Below are positions 1 to 8,499 of a stretch of DNA of 12,900 nt, in pieces (position 1 is the stretch's first letter; every line of letters begins with the position of its first letter). The position numbers and the translations under genes were made by a program. Under the pieces are notes generated by a model. That model saw only the letters and a list, made by a program, of their open reading frames with translations, was not told where the DNA came from and ran no database searches. This DNA is from Octopus sinensis (taxonomy: Eukaryota): contig NW_021826518.1 of the NCBI RefSeq assembly GCF_006345805.1, positions 1 through 12,900 of the forward strand, given 5' to 3'.

Positions 1-68
1 AGCTATATGTATCCATCTATCAATTAATCTTCCTATCTATCAATAATATATATATATATATATATATA

Positions 69-308
69 ATTTAGGGTATCTGAGAGACACCACCACGCTG
101 AAAATAGCAGTCAAAACCTGACTTTAAAGCCACATTAAATGTTCATATAGCTAAGCCAAAAATCCAGGATCTGGAATTATCCAGTAATTTTTTGCTAGTT
201 TATTTTGATTCTGTCCTCTTCTAGTGCTATATGAACATTTAATGTGGCTTTAGGGTCAGGTTTTGACTACTATTTTCAGCGTAGCGGGATCTCTCAGATA
301 GCCTAAAT
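69..308. mobile_element. MITE-like fold-back element with 83-bp inverted arms
   Basis: 69-151 and 226-308 are reverse complements (8 mismatches in 83 bp by hand alignment) around a 74-bp non-coding spacer. No clear target-site duplication. Confidence 0.7.
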
Positions 309-364
309 AATAATTTTAAATAATTATTATCTTTGAAAGCTTTTTATTCCCATGCTGGCCACTT

Positions 365-396
365 GATAAGATCGATATTTAAATATCGATCTTATC
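365..396. repeat. Perfect 32-bp spacerless palindrome
   Basis: GATAAGATCGATATTT|AAATATCGATCTTATC is its own reverse complement. Confidence 0.95.
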
Positions 397-420
397 CTTA
401 CTTATTAAATTTATACGTAC

Positions 421-439
421 ATATATATATATATATATT

Positions 440-472
<33 letters not shown>

Positions 473-518
473 GCAAGGGAGAGAGAGAAGGATAGAGAGA
501 CAAATAGATAGATAAATC

Positions 519-568
<50 letters not shown>

Positions 569-780
569 CATGTATATATATATACACATATATATATATA
601 TATAAATGCATACCTATATACATATATACGTATATACTTACAAACATATTTATATATACATATATATTTTTTACATACAAACACATATATATATATACAT
701 ACATACACACATATATATAAATAAATATATATATATATATATTATATATATATATATACATACATGCATACATGCATACA
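421..780. repeat. Compound (AT)n/(GT)n/(ATAC)n microsatellite field
   Basis: Dinucleotide and tetranucleotide repeats visible directly. They generate the spurious I/Y/H/T-rich ORFs. Confidence 0.9.
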
Positions 781-900
781 TACATCATGGACCATTTACA
801 TATGTATGGGCATGTCTAGATATGCAACTATGTGCATGTGAATACATATATATAACAAAACATACAAATCTGCACATATTCATACAATAAATATTCGCAC

Positions 901-1300
901 TAAGGCGGCGAGTTGGCAGAAACGTTAGCACAGCGGACGAAATGCGTAGCCGTATTTCGTCTGCCGGTACGTTCTGAGTTCAAATTCCGCCGAGGTCGAC
1001 TTTGCCTTTCCTCCTTTAGGGGTCGATTAAATAAGTACCAGTTACGCACTAAGGTCGATATAATGGACTTAATCCGTTTGTCAGTCCTTGTTTGTCCTCT
1101 CTGTGTGTAACCCATTGTGGGTAGTAAAGAAATAGGTATTTCGTCTGCCGCTATGTTCTTAGTTCAAATTCCGCCGAGGTCGACTTTGCCTTTCATCCTT
1201 TCGGGGTAGATTAATTAAGTACCAATTGCGTACTGGGGTTGATCTAACCGACTGGGCCCCACCCCTAAAATTTCGAGCCTTGTGCCTAGAGTAGAACGGA
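901..1300 (+). mobile_element. tRNA-derived SINE family A, internally duplicated (dimer-like) copy
   Basis: A-box-like TGGCAGAAACG (914-924) and B-box GTTCAAATTCC (978-988). 952-1070 is repeated at 1136-1254. A homologous copy lies at 11244-11460. The body motif GCCTTTCATCCTTTCGGGGTCGAT..TAAGTACC resembles a conserved metazoan SINE central domain (MetaSINE-like, from recollection). Confidence 0.85.
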
Positions 1301-1646
1301 TTTATATATTCGCAGTAAATCGATCAGTGCTTCTTTCTACCTCAATATTTCACCATCTTAAATTCATATCCTCTTTAACAGAAGGTCAAGAGTCGAGGCA
1401 AATGTTCAGCAGAAGATGATTCTATTCTTATTTGTATATTTTTATTTATATTTTTTCTTTGTTCTTGTTCTCTTCATCATTTGCTATATTTTATTTCATG
1501 ATTTCATCTCGTGCTGTGCTTTAGAGTCTCGTCTGGGATATTTCTGTTTCAGAGATATCAATCGATTTGACAGACGGTACAGGTTTCGATTATTTCCTAG
1601 CATTTGTCTTATACCGCCATTGCATGTCACTGCGTATTTTTGAATG

Positions 1647-1713
1647 CACACACACACACACACACACTCTCACTCTCACGCACACACACACACTCTCACT
1701 CTCACGCACACAC

Positions 1714-1747
<34 letters not shown>
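1647..1747. repeat. (CA)n microsatellite with duplicated CACTCTCACTCTCACG interruption
   Basis: Seen directly in the sequence. Confidence 0.9.
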
Positions 1748-1750
<3 letters not shown>

Positions 1751-2097
1751 CATAGACAGATGCTCACAAATGCCCACACTCACACATACACATATATGAA
1801 TGTATGGGTGCACATGTATATATATATATATATAAATATAGGTGTGTGTAAATATAAATGTGTGTGTTTGTGTGTGTACGTGTATACATATACATTCCAA
1901 TATACATGCACATAGACGTATATCTGTGAATATGATTTTAGAGTTGTGTGTGTGACGATGTGCGTTTGCTGACATATATATCACATAGAGGTAAATAAGT
2001 TATCTGTGAGTGTGTGTATATTTTCATATATACACATATATATATAAAAAAGGGGTGCGTGCGTTTCGTCATATAATATATTAATAAAATAGAACAT

Positions 2098-2398
2098 ATG
2101 CATATATATAAACATATATGTACGTACCTACCTCTACATGTACATATACACGCATATATGTGTACAGGACACCAAAAAGACGTCGAACACAATGAGAAAC
2201 GAAAACATAGACACAAACCAAAGGAACTGGACATTTTTTAAACAACAAAAAAATAGAGTACAGGACAATTAACACAAAGAAAAAACCCCTTCTTCAGTCG
2301 CTATGGTTTCATCTACTCTAGAGTAGATGTAATCATATATGCGTGTATATGTACATGTAGAGGTAGGTACGTACATATATGTTTATATATATATGCAT
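2098..2398. repeat. Inverted duplication (arms 2098-2160 and 2334-2398) enclosing a 173-bp insert
   Basis: The arms are reverse complements except for one extra AT unit, and include the distinctive GTACGTACCTACCTCTACATGTAC. Confidence 0.9.
2161..2320 (-). mobile_element. Probable Penelope-like element terminal fragment
   Basis: The minus strand reads GAGTAGATGAAACCATAGCGACTGAAGAAGGGG followed by T-rich UTR-like sequence. This resembles PLE terminal sequence from recollection only. It ends in the 20-bp palindrome at 2310-2329. Confidence 0.4.
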
Positions 2399-2504
2399 GT
2401 TTTATTTATTCATATATATATATATATATATATAATATATATATAACTACACATACACACACATGCACACGCACACGCACAGACACATATTGTTTTATTT
2501 TTTG

Positions 2505-2625
2505 TGTTCTTTTATATACTTCAGTCATTTGACTGCAGCCATGCTGGAGCACCGCCTTAAAAGGTTTTTAGTTGGCGTATTTACGGTTGTCAACATCGGT
2601 CGTCAAGTGATGATGGTCGAGGGCC
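2505..2625 (-). mobile_element. SINE family B, 3' fragment with internal deletion
   Basis: TTCAGTCATTTGACTGCAGCCATGCTGGAGCACCGCCTT is the reverse complement of the 3' end of the 6321-6756 copy. GTCAAGTGATG matches its mid-body. Confidence 0.75.
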
Positions 2626-2659
2626 ATTACATATATATGTGTATGTGTGTATGAGTTTG

Positions 2660-2662
<3 letters not shown>

Positions 2663-2698
<36 letters not shown>

Positions 2699-2816
2699 AT
2701 ACAACGTACGAAGGGTAGACTGTCACCAGTTGATAATTTTTAATTTCGCGCATGCGCATTGTCTTTTTATATTTAAAAGTGTTTTTAATTGGTTCTGAAG
2801 CGATGGTGGTGGGTGA

Positions 2817-2876
<60 letters not shown>
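2663..2876. repeat. Two (GT)n microsatellites (about 2663-2697 and 2825-2876)
   Basis: Seen directly in the sequence. Confidence 0.9.
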
Positions 2877-2879
2877 ATA

Positions 2880-4143
2880 CAATGTGCGATAGACAAACTG
2901 TTGCCAGTTTATATTTTTAAATTCATGAATGCATTTTTTTTATTTTGTTGACTACAAGGTCAGTTGGACACCGTTTGTGAAAAAAAGCAGCACCATGGCG
3001 CAATTCACTCTGGAAACAACATTTTGTACTGCTTTGCATGAGCCGGAACCTCCAATACGAACATTTCAGAGGGTTTGGCTATCAATCTGAGGACAGTGTA
3101 GAGGATCCAGAAAGAGTTGTATAAGTCTAATTGTGATTACGAAGGTTCGGCAGCTCGGAAAAATCACTCTGATCTTTCTGATAAGAAAAGAACTCTTGAA
3201 TTTATTGGTGCGATCCAGGCCATGATTAACAACGATCACTCCAACTCAATCAGGTCCATGTTCGTAACACGGGAGTGTCTGAGCTACTTATCGGGCAGGT
3301 AATGCATGAATACATTCGGTATTCCTCATACAAGATGAGGATTGGCCAATTTTAATCCCACGCCATCAAGGACAAGAGGAAAGACCATGCTACGAAGTTT
3401 TGAACAAACTCAAGCATCCTCTCCAACCGAGCATGCCTCAAACAAAGAAGCGTTTCTACCAGTATCAGATGGTAAACACTCAGAACAACTGTTGCCTTGC
3501 TGATCCTCCAATGCATGTACCGAGAGTGTTAAAATGCAAACATCTAGTCAACATCATGAAGTTTTTGAAGTTTGAGTGATAGCCGTCATGACAATGTGAT
3601 ACCTCCATTCTTCTTCCAAAACGGCTTGAGACTCAAAACAGAGGCCTACATCAGGAGCCTGGAAGTGGTAGTGCAGTCGTTCGTCAAAACGGTGACTGCT
3701 GGAAGATCCTATGGCTGGCAGCACTCTGCGCCATGCCACCAAAAGCAGGAGAACTCAGTCATAACTGTCAGACAATTTCTGCGACCACATCACCACTAAC
3801 ATCTGACCACCTGACTCCCCTGACATCAAACCCCTTGGTTATTATGTGTGGTGCGCATTTGAACGAGAGACCAACAAAACACTTTGTAGCACCAAATTAA
3901 CTGACAAGGATTATAGCAGCATTCACCAACTGAAACAGGGAGACCGTCCAGAAGAGTTGCAGAAGATTCAGGAGTCGCCTGGGGGCCGTGGTTGAAGCCA
4001 ATGGCGATTTTATTGAATAAATTTACTCTTTAGTATTTCAATTTATTTTGATGTAATTTTGGTAAATATATCTGTTAAAATGAGTCGTCTGTGTTATGTT
4101 CGTGTTTGCGTAATTTAGGCGATGATTTATTCATTGCACTGTG
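2880..4143 (+). mobile_element. Defective Tc1/mariner-superfamily DNA transposon, DD37D (maT-like)
   Basis: Contains a decayed transposase of typical length. Its ends show weak inverted similarity (CAATGTGCGATAGACAAACTGTTGCC versus the reverse complement of GGCGATGATTTATTCATTGCACTGTG). Boundaries are approximate. Confidence 0.8.
2995..4020 (+). pseudogene. Transposase pseudogene, DD37D spacing
   Basis: Runs from ATG 2995 to TAA 4020 with frameshifts and stops. Motifs: WQ(H)SAPCH, I*PPDSPDIKPL(G)YYVW and C-terminal RLGAVVEANGDFIE*. After correcting one frameshift there are 37 residues between the second and third catalytic positions, both now mutated (H and G). Confidence 0.85.
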
Positions 4144-4160
4144 TGAATATATGTACGTTA

Positions 4161-4321
4161 AGGTTTCTTTCAGTTTCCCTCTAACAAATCCACTAACAAA
4201 GCTTTGGTCGGCGCCTGGCAACATTAGAAGATTCTCACCCAAGGTGCTGCACAGTACGACTGAACTCGGAACTATGTAGTTGCGAAACAAGCTTCTTACC
4301 ACACAATCACACCTCTGCCTA
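4161..4321 (-). mobile_element. SINE family B, 5' half only
   Basis: Reverse-complement match to 6321-6470 (head through GGAAACTGAAAGAA). It ends where the internal (AT)n would begin. Confidence 0.85.
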
Positions 4322-5494
4322 TACGTGTGTGTATACATATGTATGTTCAGTCTACATGTGCTACTTTTGCGCCTCGTGCTTTTGCTCGGTGTTTAATTAA
4401 GGGACTCTATTCACAAATTTTTATGAATGTGGTTGTTTAACGTGTTTCTTAATCCCTCAGCCAGTCACAACTTTAATACGTGTGTCTGTTTGTGTATTTA
4501 TGTAAATACGGATAAATATAGTTAAATTATATATATATATATATATAATATATATATAATATATATATATATATGTATGTAGTATGTGTATATATATATT
4601 CACACGCTGACACACGTATATATATATGTGGGGGCTGCGTGTGCGTGTGTGTGTATGTGTGTACGTATAAGATCTAAATATATCTGTGTATGTTTACATA
4701 TATACATATATCCTCTCCATCTATTACATTTCTGTTAGCGCTTTGTATTTCTATTCGACTGTTTAATTACATGGAAAAGTCATTAAGCACTTCGTTAAGA
4801 AAATAGAGAAAAACAATTAAGAAATGTTTTTTTGGAATTGAAAGAATATGAAAAAAAGTTGAAACAAAACAACAAATAACAATCAATGGAAATAAATAAA
4901 TATCTTAACCTCCCCAACACTCATTTGCCTCTGATAGAGATTCAACGATGTTCAGCCAGGAGAAGAGAAGATGGATGGGAATAGTTTTTTCTTAATCACA
5001 CCTTTTATTTTTTCTAAACATTTTCAAATATATTTCAAGAGAGGTCAAAGAACGCAATCAAGAATTAAAAGGAGACCAACAATAAATGTAAATGTTTGCA
5101 TCTGCGCGTGCGTGTGTCTTTGTTTGTTGGTTTGTGTGTATGTGTGTATGTGTGTATGTGTGTATGTGTGAGTGTGTGTATCTGTGTGCATATATGTGTG
5201 CGTGCGTCTGCGGGTGGTTTTTTTATGCGTCTGTTTTTTTTATCAAGCTGCAACTGTATAACTTCAAGTCAGTACATTTGTGAGGGAAGTGCACACACAC
5301 GCACACACACACACACACAATATATATATATATAAACAGTAGGTTAGAATGTTTCACAAAAAAAAAGAGTTATAATTGTCACTAAATGAGACGAATTTGT
5401 TAAGAAACACCTACGTTGTTAGAAATCCATGATCTAATGCTGTAATGCACTTGAATGAAATGATACTTCTATGTTTACAGATGAAGATTTATGC

Positions 5495-5597
5495 ACATTA
5501 TTTACATTATTTACATTTGATGGGTATTTGTCCTCATCTTGTTTGTTGTTAACACAACGTTTCGGCTGATAAACCCTCCAGCCTTCATCAGGTGTTA
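5495..5597 (-). mobile_element. Penelope-like element pLTR remnant
   Basis: Carries the minimal hammerhead with palindromic stem III that is typical of PLEs, followed by a short tandemly duplicated ATGTAAATA tail. Confidence 0.6.
5550..5597 (-). ncRNA. Minimal type I hammerhead ribozyme motif
   Basis: Minus strand: UAACAC-CUGAUGA-A-GGCUG(gaggguuuau)CAGCC-GAAAC-GUU-GUGUUA. Stem I is 6 bp, stem II is 5 bp, the core is intact, and stem III is the palindromic ACGU. Predicted cleavage is after GUU, between plus positions 5556 and 5555. Confidence 0.8.
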
Positions 5598-5696
5598 CAT
5601 CTACAAAGGAAAGTTAGATGGTTTGAATCAGTTGAAGTATACATCGTATTGAGTCTAAGAATCTGTTCTTTATCAATTGGAACTATCCCTTCACTG

Positions 5697-5703
5697 ACAT
5701 ACA

Positions 5704-5739
<36 letters not shown>

Positions 5740-5754
5740 CATACATACATACAT
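5697..5754. repeat. (ACAT)n microsatellite
   Basis: Seen directly in the sequence. Confidence 0.9.
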
Positions 5755-5780
5755 GCATGCATATCTATATCTACATATGT

Positions 5781-6192
5781 TCTTTTACTCTTTGCACTTT
5801 TGTTTCAGTCATATAACCACGGCCATGCTGAAGCACAGGATTTATTCTTTGTAAGCGTAGTACTTAATTTAACGGTCTCTTTTTGCCGAATCGCTAGCTT
5901 TCGGGGACCTAAACACACCAGCATCGACTGTCAAGCGAAGGCGTGATGACAAACACAGACAGACAGACACAACCCACACGCACACATACTTACACACACA
6001 CACACACATACAAACACGCATATTTTTAAGATGGGCTTCTTTCAGTTTCAGTCTACCAAATCCACTGACAAGGCTTTGGTCGCCCCGAGGTTATAGTAAA
6101 AGACACTAGCCCAAGGTGCTTCGCAGTGGGACTGAAACCAGTAACAGGTGCTTGGGTACCAAGCTTCTTCCGACACAGCCACGCCTGCGCCT
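5781..6192 (-). mobile_element. SINE family B, near full-length and diverged
   Basis: Collinear reverse-complement match to 6321-6756, including head, central microsatellite and 3' end. Lacks the GGGGTCGATTTGCTCGACT segment. Confidence 0.9.
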
Positions 6193-6320
6193 ATCAATAT
6201 ATGTATCCATATACGCTCATACACATACATCTACATACGTACATACATATATACATACACACAAACATATATACATGCAAACATAATACATACATACTTA
6301 CATACATAAATACCTACATA

Positions 6321-6473
6321 GGCGCAGGAGTGGCTGTGTGGTAAGTAGCTTGCTTACCAACCGGGTTCAGTCCCACTGCGTGACACCTTGGGCAAGTGTC
6401 TTCTACTATAGCCTCGGGCCGACCAAAGCCTTGTGAGCGGATTTGGTAGACGGAAACTGAAAGAAGCCCGTCG

Positions 6474-6510
<37 letters not shown>

Positions 6511-6756
6511 ATATGTGTGTGTGTGTGTGTGTTTGTGTGTCTGTGTTTGTCTCCCCAGCATCGCTTGACAACCGATGCTGGTGTGTTTACGTCCCCGTTA
6601 CTTAGCGGTTCTGCAAAAGAGACCGATAGGATAAGTACTAGGCTTACAAAGAATAAGTCCTGGGGTCGATTTGCTCGACTAAAAGGCAGTGCTCCAGCAT
6701 GGCCGCAGTCAAATGAATGTAACAAGTAAAAGACACAAGATAAAAGATAAAAGATA
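6321..6756 (+). mobile_element. SINE family B, full-length, with target-site duplication
   Basis: A-box-like TGGCTGTGTGG (6331-6341), B-box-like GGTTCAGTCCC (6364-6374), central (AT)n(GT)n and an (AAAAGAT)n-like tail. Flanked by CTTA(C/T)ATACATAAATACCTACATA at 6297-6320 and 6757-6780. Confidence 0.92.
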
Positions 6757-6856
6757 CTTATATACATAAATACCTACATACATAGAGACATGCATACATA
6801 CATACATACACACATTCTTACATACACGTGCTCACACAGTTACATATTTATGTACG

Positions 6857-7220
6857 TGTGCCTTTGTGGTAAGAAGCTTGCTTCCCAACCTTATAGTTGA
6901 AGGTTCAATCTCACTGCGTTGCATCTTGCGAGAGTGTCTTCTACTGTAGTCTCGGGCTGATCAAAGCCCTGTAAGTGAATTTAGCATGCGGAAACTGAAA
7001 GAAGCTCTTCCTGTATGTATTTGTGTATGTATATCCAGGTTTCTGCGATTGTCTCCGCATCACAACTTGAAAACACATGTTTGTGCGTTTAAATCCCCGT
7101 GATATAGCGGTTCGGCCACACAGACAGATAGAATTAGTAGTGGGGTGGACTCGTTCGACCAAAAATATAAGGCGGTGCCCTAACACGGCCGCGTCTAATG
7201 ACTTCAGCAGATAAAAGATT
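6857..7220 (+). mobile_element. SINE family B, old diverged copy
   Basis: Collinear matches: GTGGTAAGAAGCTTGCTT, GTGTCTTCTACTGTAG, GGAAACTGAAAGAAGC, TCCCCGTGATATAGCGGTTCGGC and AAGGCGGTGCCCTAACACGGCCGC. Confidence 0.85.
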
Positions 7221-7322
7221 TCTATACCCACACGTATGTGTGTGTATGTATGTGTGTATGCGCATGTGTGTGTATGTGTGTGTGTTTATGTGTGAGTGTG
7301 TATGCGTGTATGTGTGTACGTG

Positions 7323-7460
7323 GGCTGGTGATTAGGGTGTTCCTATTCAAGGAGAAAGGATCGTTCCTTCGATTCCTGGAACATTGGTGCAATTCGGTGC
7401 ATCGATCAAACATTTCATTTCACGCTACATCTCCCCAGTCAGCTGTAAATGGGTAACTCA
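7323..7460 (+). mobile_element. Possible highly decayed tRNA-derived SINE of a third family
   Basis: A-box-like GCTGGTGATTAGGG, B-box-like CTTCGATTCC, and downstream CAGCTGTAAATGGGTA, a motif common in SINE bodies. No second copy in the window. Confidence 0.4.
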
Positions 7461-8377
7461 CTGAGAAATTGTCGTTGCGATCAGGGTCTGCTTCGATCTG
7501 GTCGATAATGTGATGTATGGTTGTGTGTTTGTGTGTGTGTGTGCTTGTGCATGTGTGCCTATGTGTGTATGCGTGATTGCGGACTGCGTAGTGCGTATGT
7601 GTGTGTGTGTGTGTGCATCTATGATTGGCTGATCAAAATCGTGATTCCCCCAAAACGCGTTCGCACAATTGTTTCCTGCCTAATTTTCCATGCTGACGCG
7701 GGTTACACAGAAAATAATACTTATTATGAATGCAAACAAATAAGTCAACAAGGCTTTAATGAATTTTTTTTTAGTTACTTTTATTTATGTCTTGTTTGTT
7801 CATAGAAGTAACTTCAGCAATTTACTTTCTCATCATTCACGAAGAAGTTGTAATTACATCCATTACAATAATTGGATCTGAAATGAAGGATAGGAAAATG
7901 AAAAGTCATCAGTATGATCTGTGTTGTGGTCTGTGTTCACAACATTGTAATTTCTAACAGAGGTAGCCTTAGTTTTAGAGAGACGATAACCATCTCCATA
8001 GTTACAGACAGGATAACTAGATCTACATTATATTTCATTCGGTGTGATCACTATTCGAGATCAGATGGGATATTGCTTGTAAAATATGTGTTACCTGATT
8101 GGATTCGAAATAGGAACCATTTGCTTTAAGTTTAGCCTCATTTTTGGCGATGGAATACATATTCACATCAACATCTATACTACGTTTCACTCGGTTTGAT
8201 CCCCAGTTACCATCGTGTGCTATGTTGCACTGAACTGTATATATATGCTATAAATATATATATATATATAGTGTGTGTGTGGTGTGTGGGTGTATTATAT
8301 ATATAATATATATATATATACGTTTAATATTTGTTGTGCAAGATTTATTGGCTATACTGGCAATATGACCATTCCGA

Positions 8378-8382
8378 AATAT

Positions 8383-8454
<72 letters not shown>

Positions 8455-8492
8455 TATATGTTATATAATATATATATTATATATATTATATA
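8378..8492. repeat. (AT)n microsatellite
   Basis: Seen directly in the sequence. Confidence 0.9.
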
Positions 8493-8499
8493 TGAACAC

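Noticed and set aside
421-468. Apparently mirrored TT and AA interruptions making (AT)n tracts perfect palindromes (also ~4528-4550 and 12661-12710)
   Set aside because: Any TT...AA pair in an alternating AT run is automatically symmetric. Single-base indels or sequencing errors explain it.
333-890. Overlapping 60-116 aa ORFs rich in I/Y/H/T/V/C
   Set aside because: These are translations of AT/GT/AC microsatellites, which lack stop codons in several frames. The same applies to similar ORFs at 1567-1984, 5065-5335, 7222-7805 and 12484-12828.
901-990. tRNA gene candidates at SINE heads (also 6321-6380 and 9359-9425)
   Set aside because: A- and B-boxes are present, but I see no complete cloverleaf and they continue into repeat bodies. 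They are SINE heads.
1416-1643. 75-aa hydrophobic ORF resembling a membrane peptide
   Set aside because: It derives from a T-rich low-complexity stretch, with no motif or splice support.
2285-2312. Second hammerhead (minus-strand CUGAAGA)
   Set aside because: No stem II closure followed by GAAA downstream, so the motif is incomplete.
7914-8129. 71-aa plus-strand ORF
   Set aside because: No recognisable motif. It is antisense to the more protein-like minus-strand frames.
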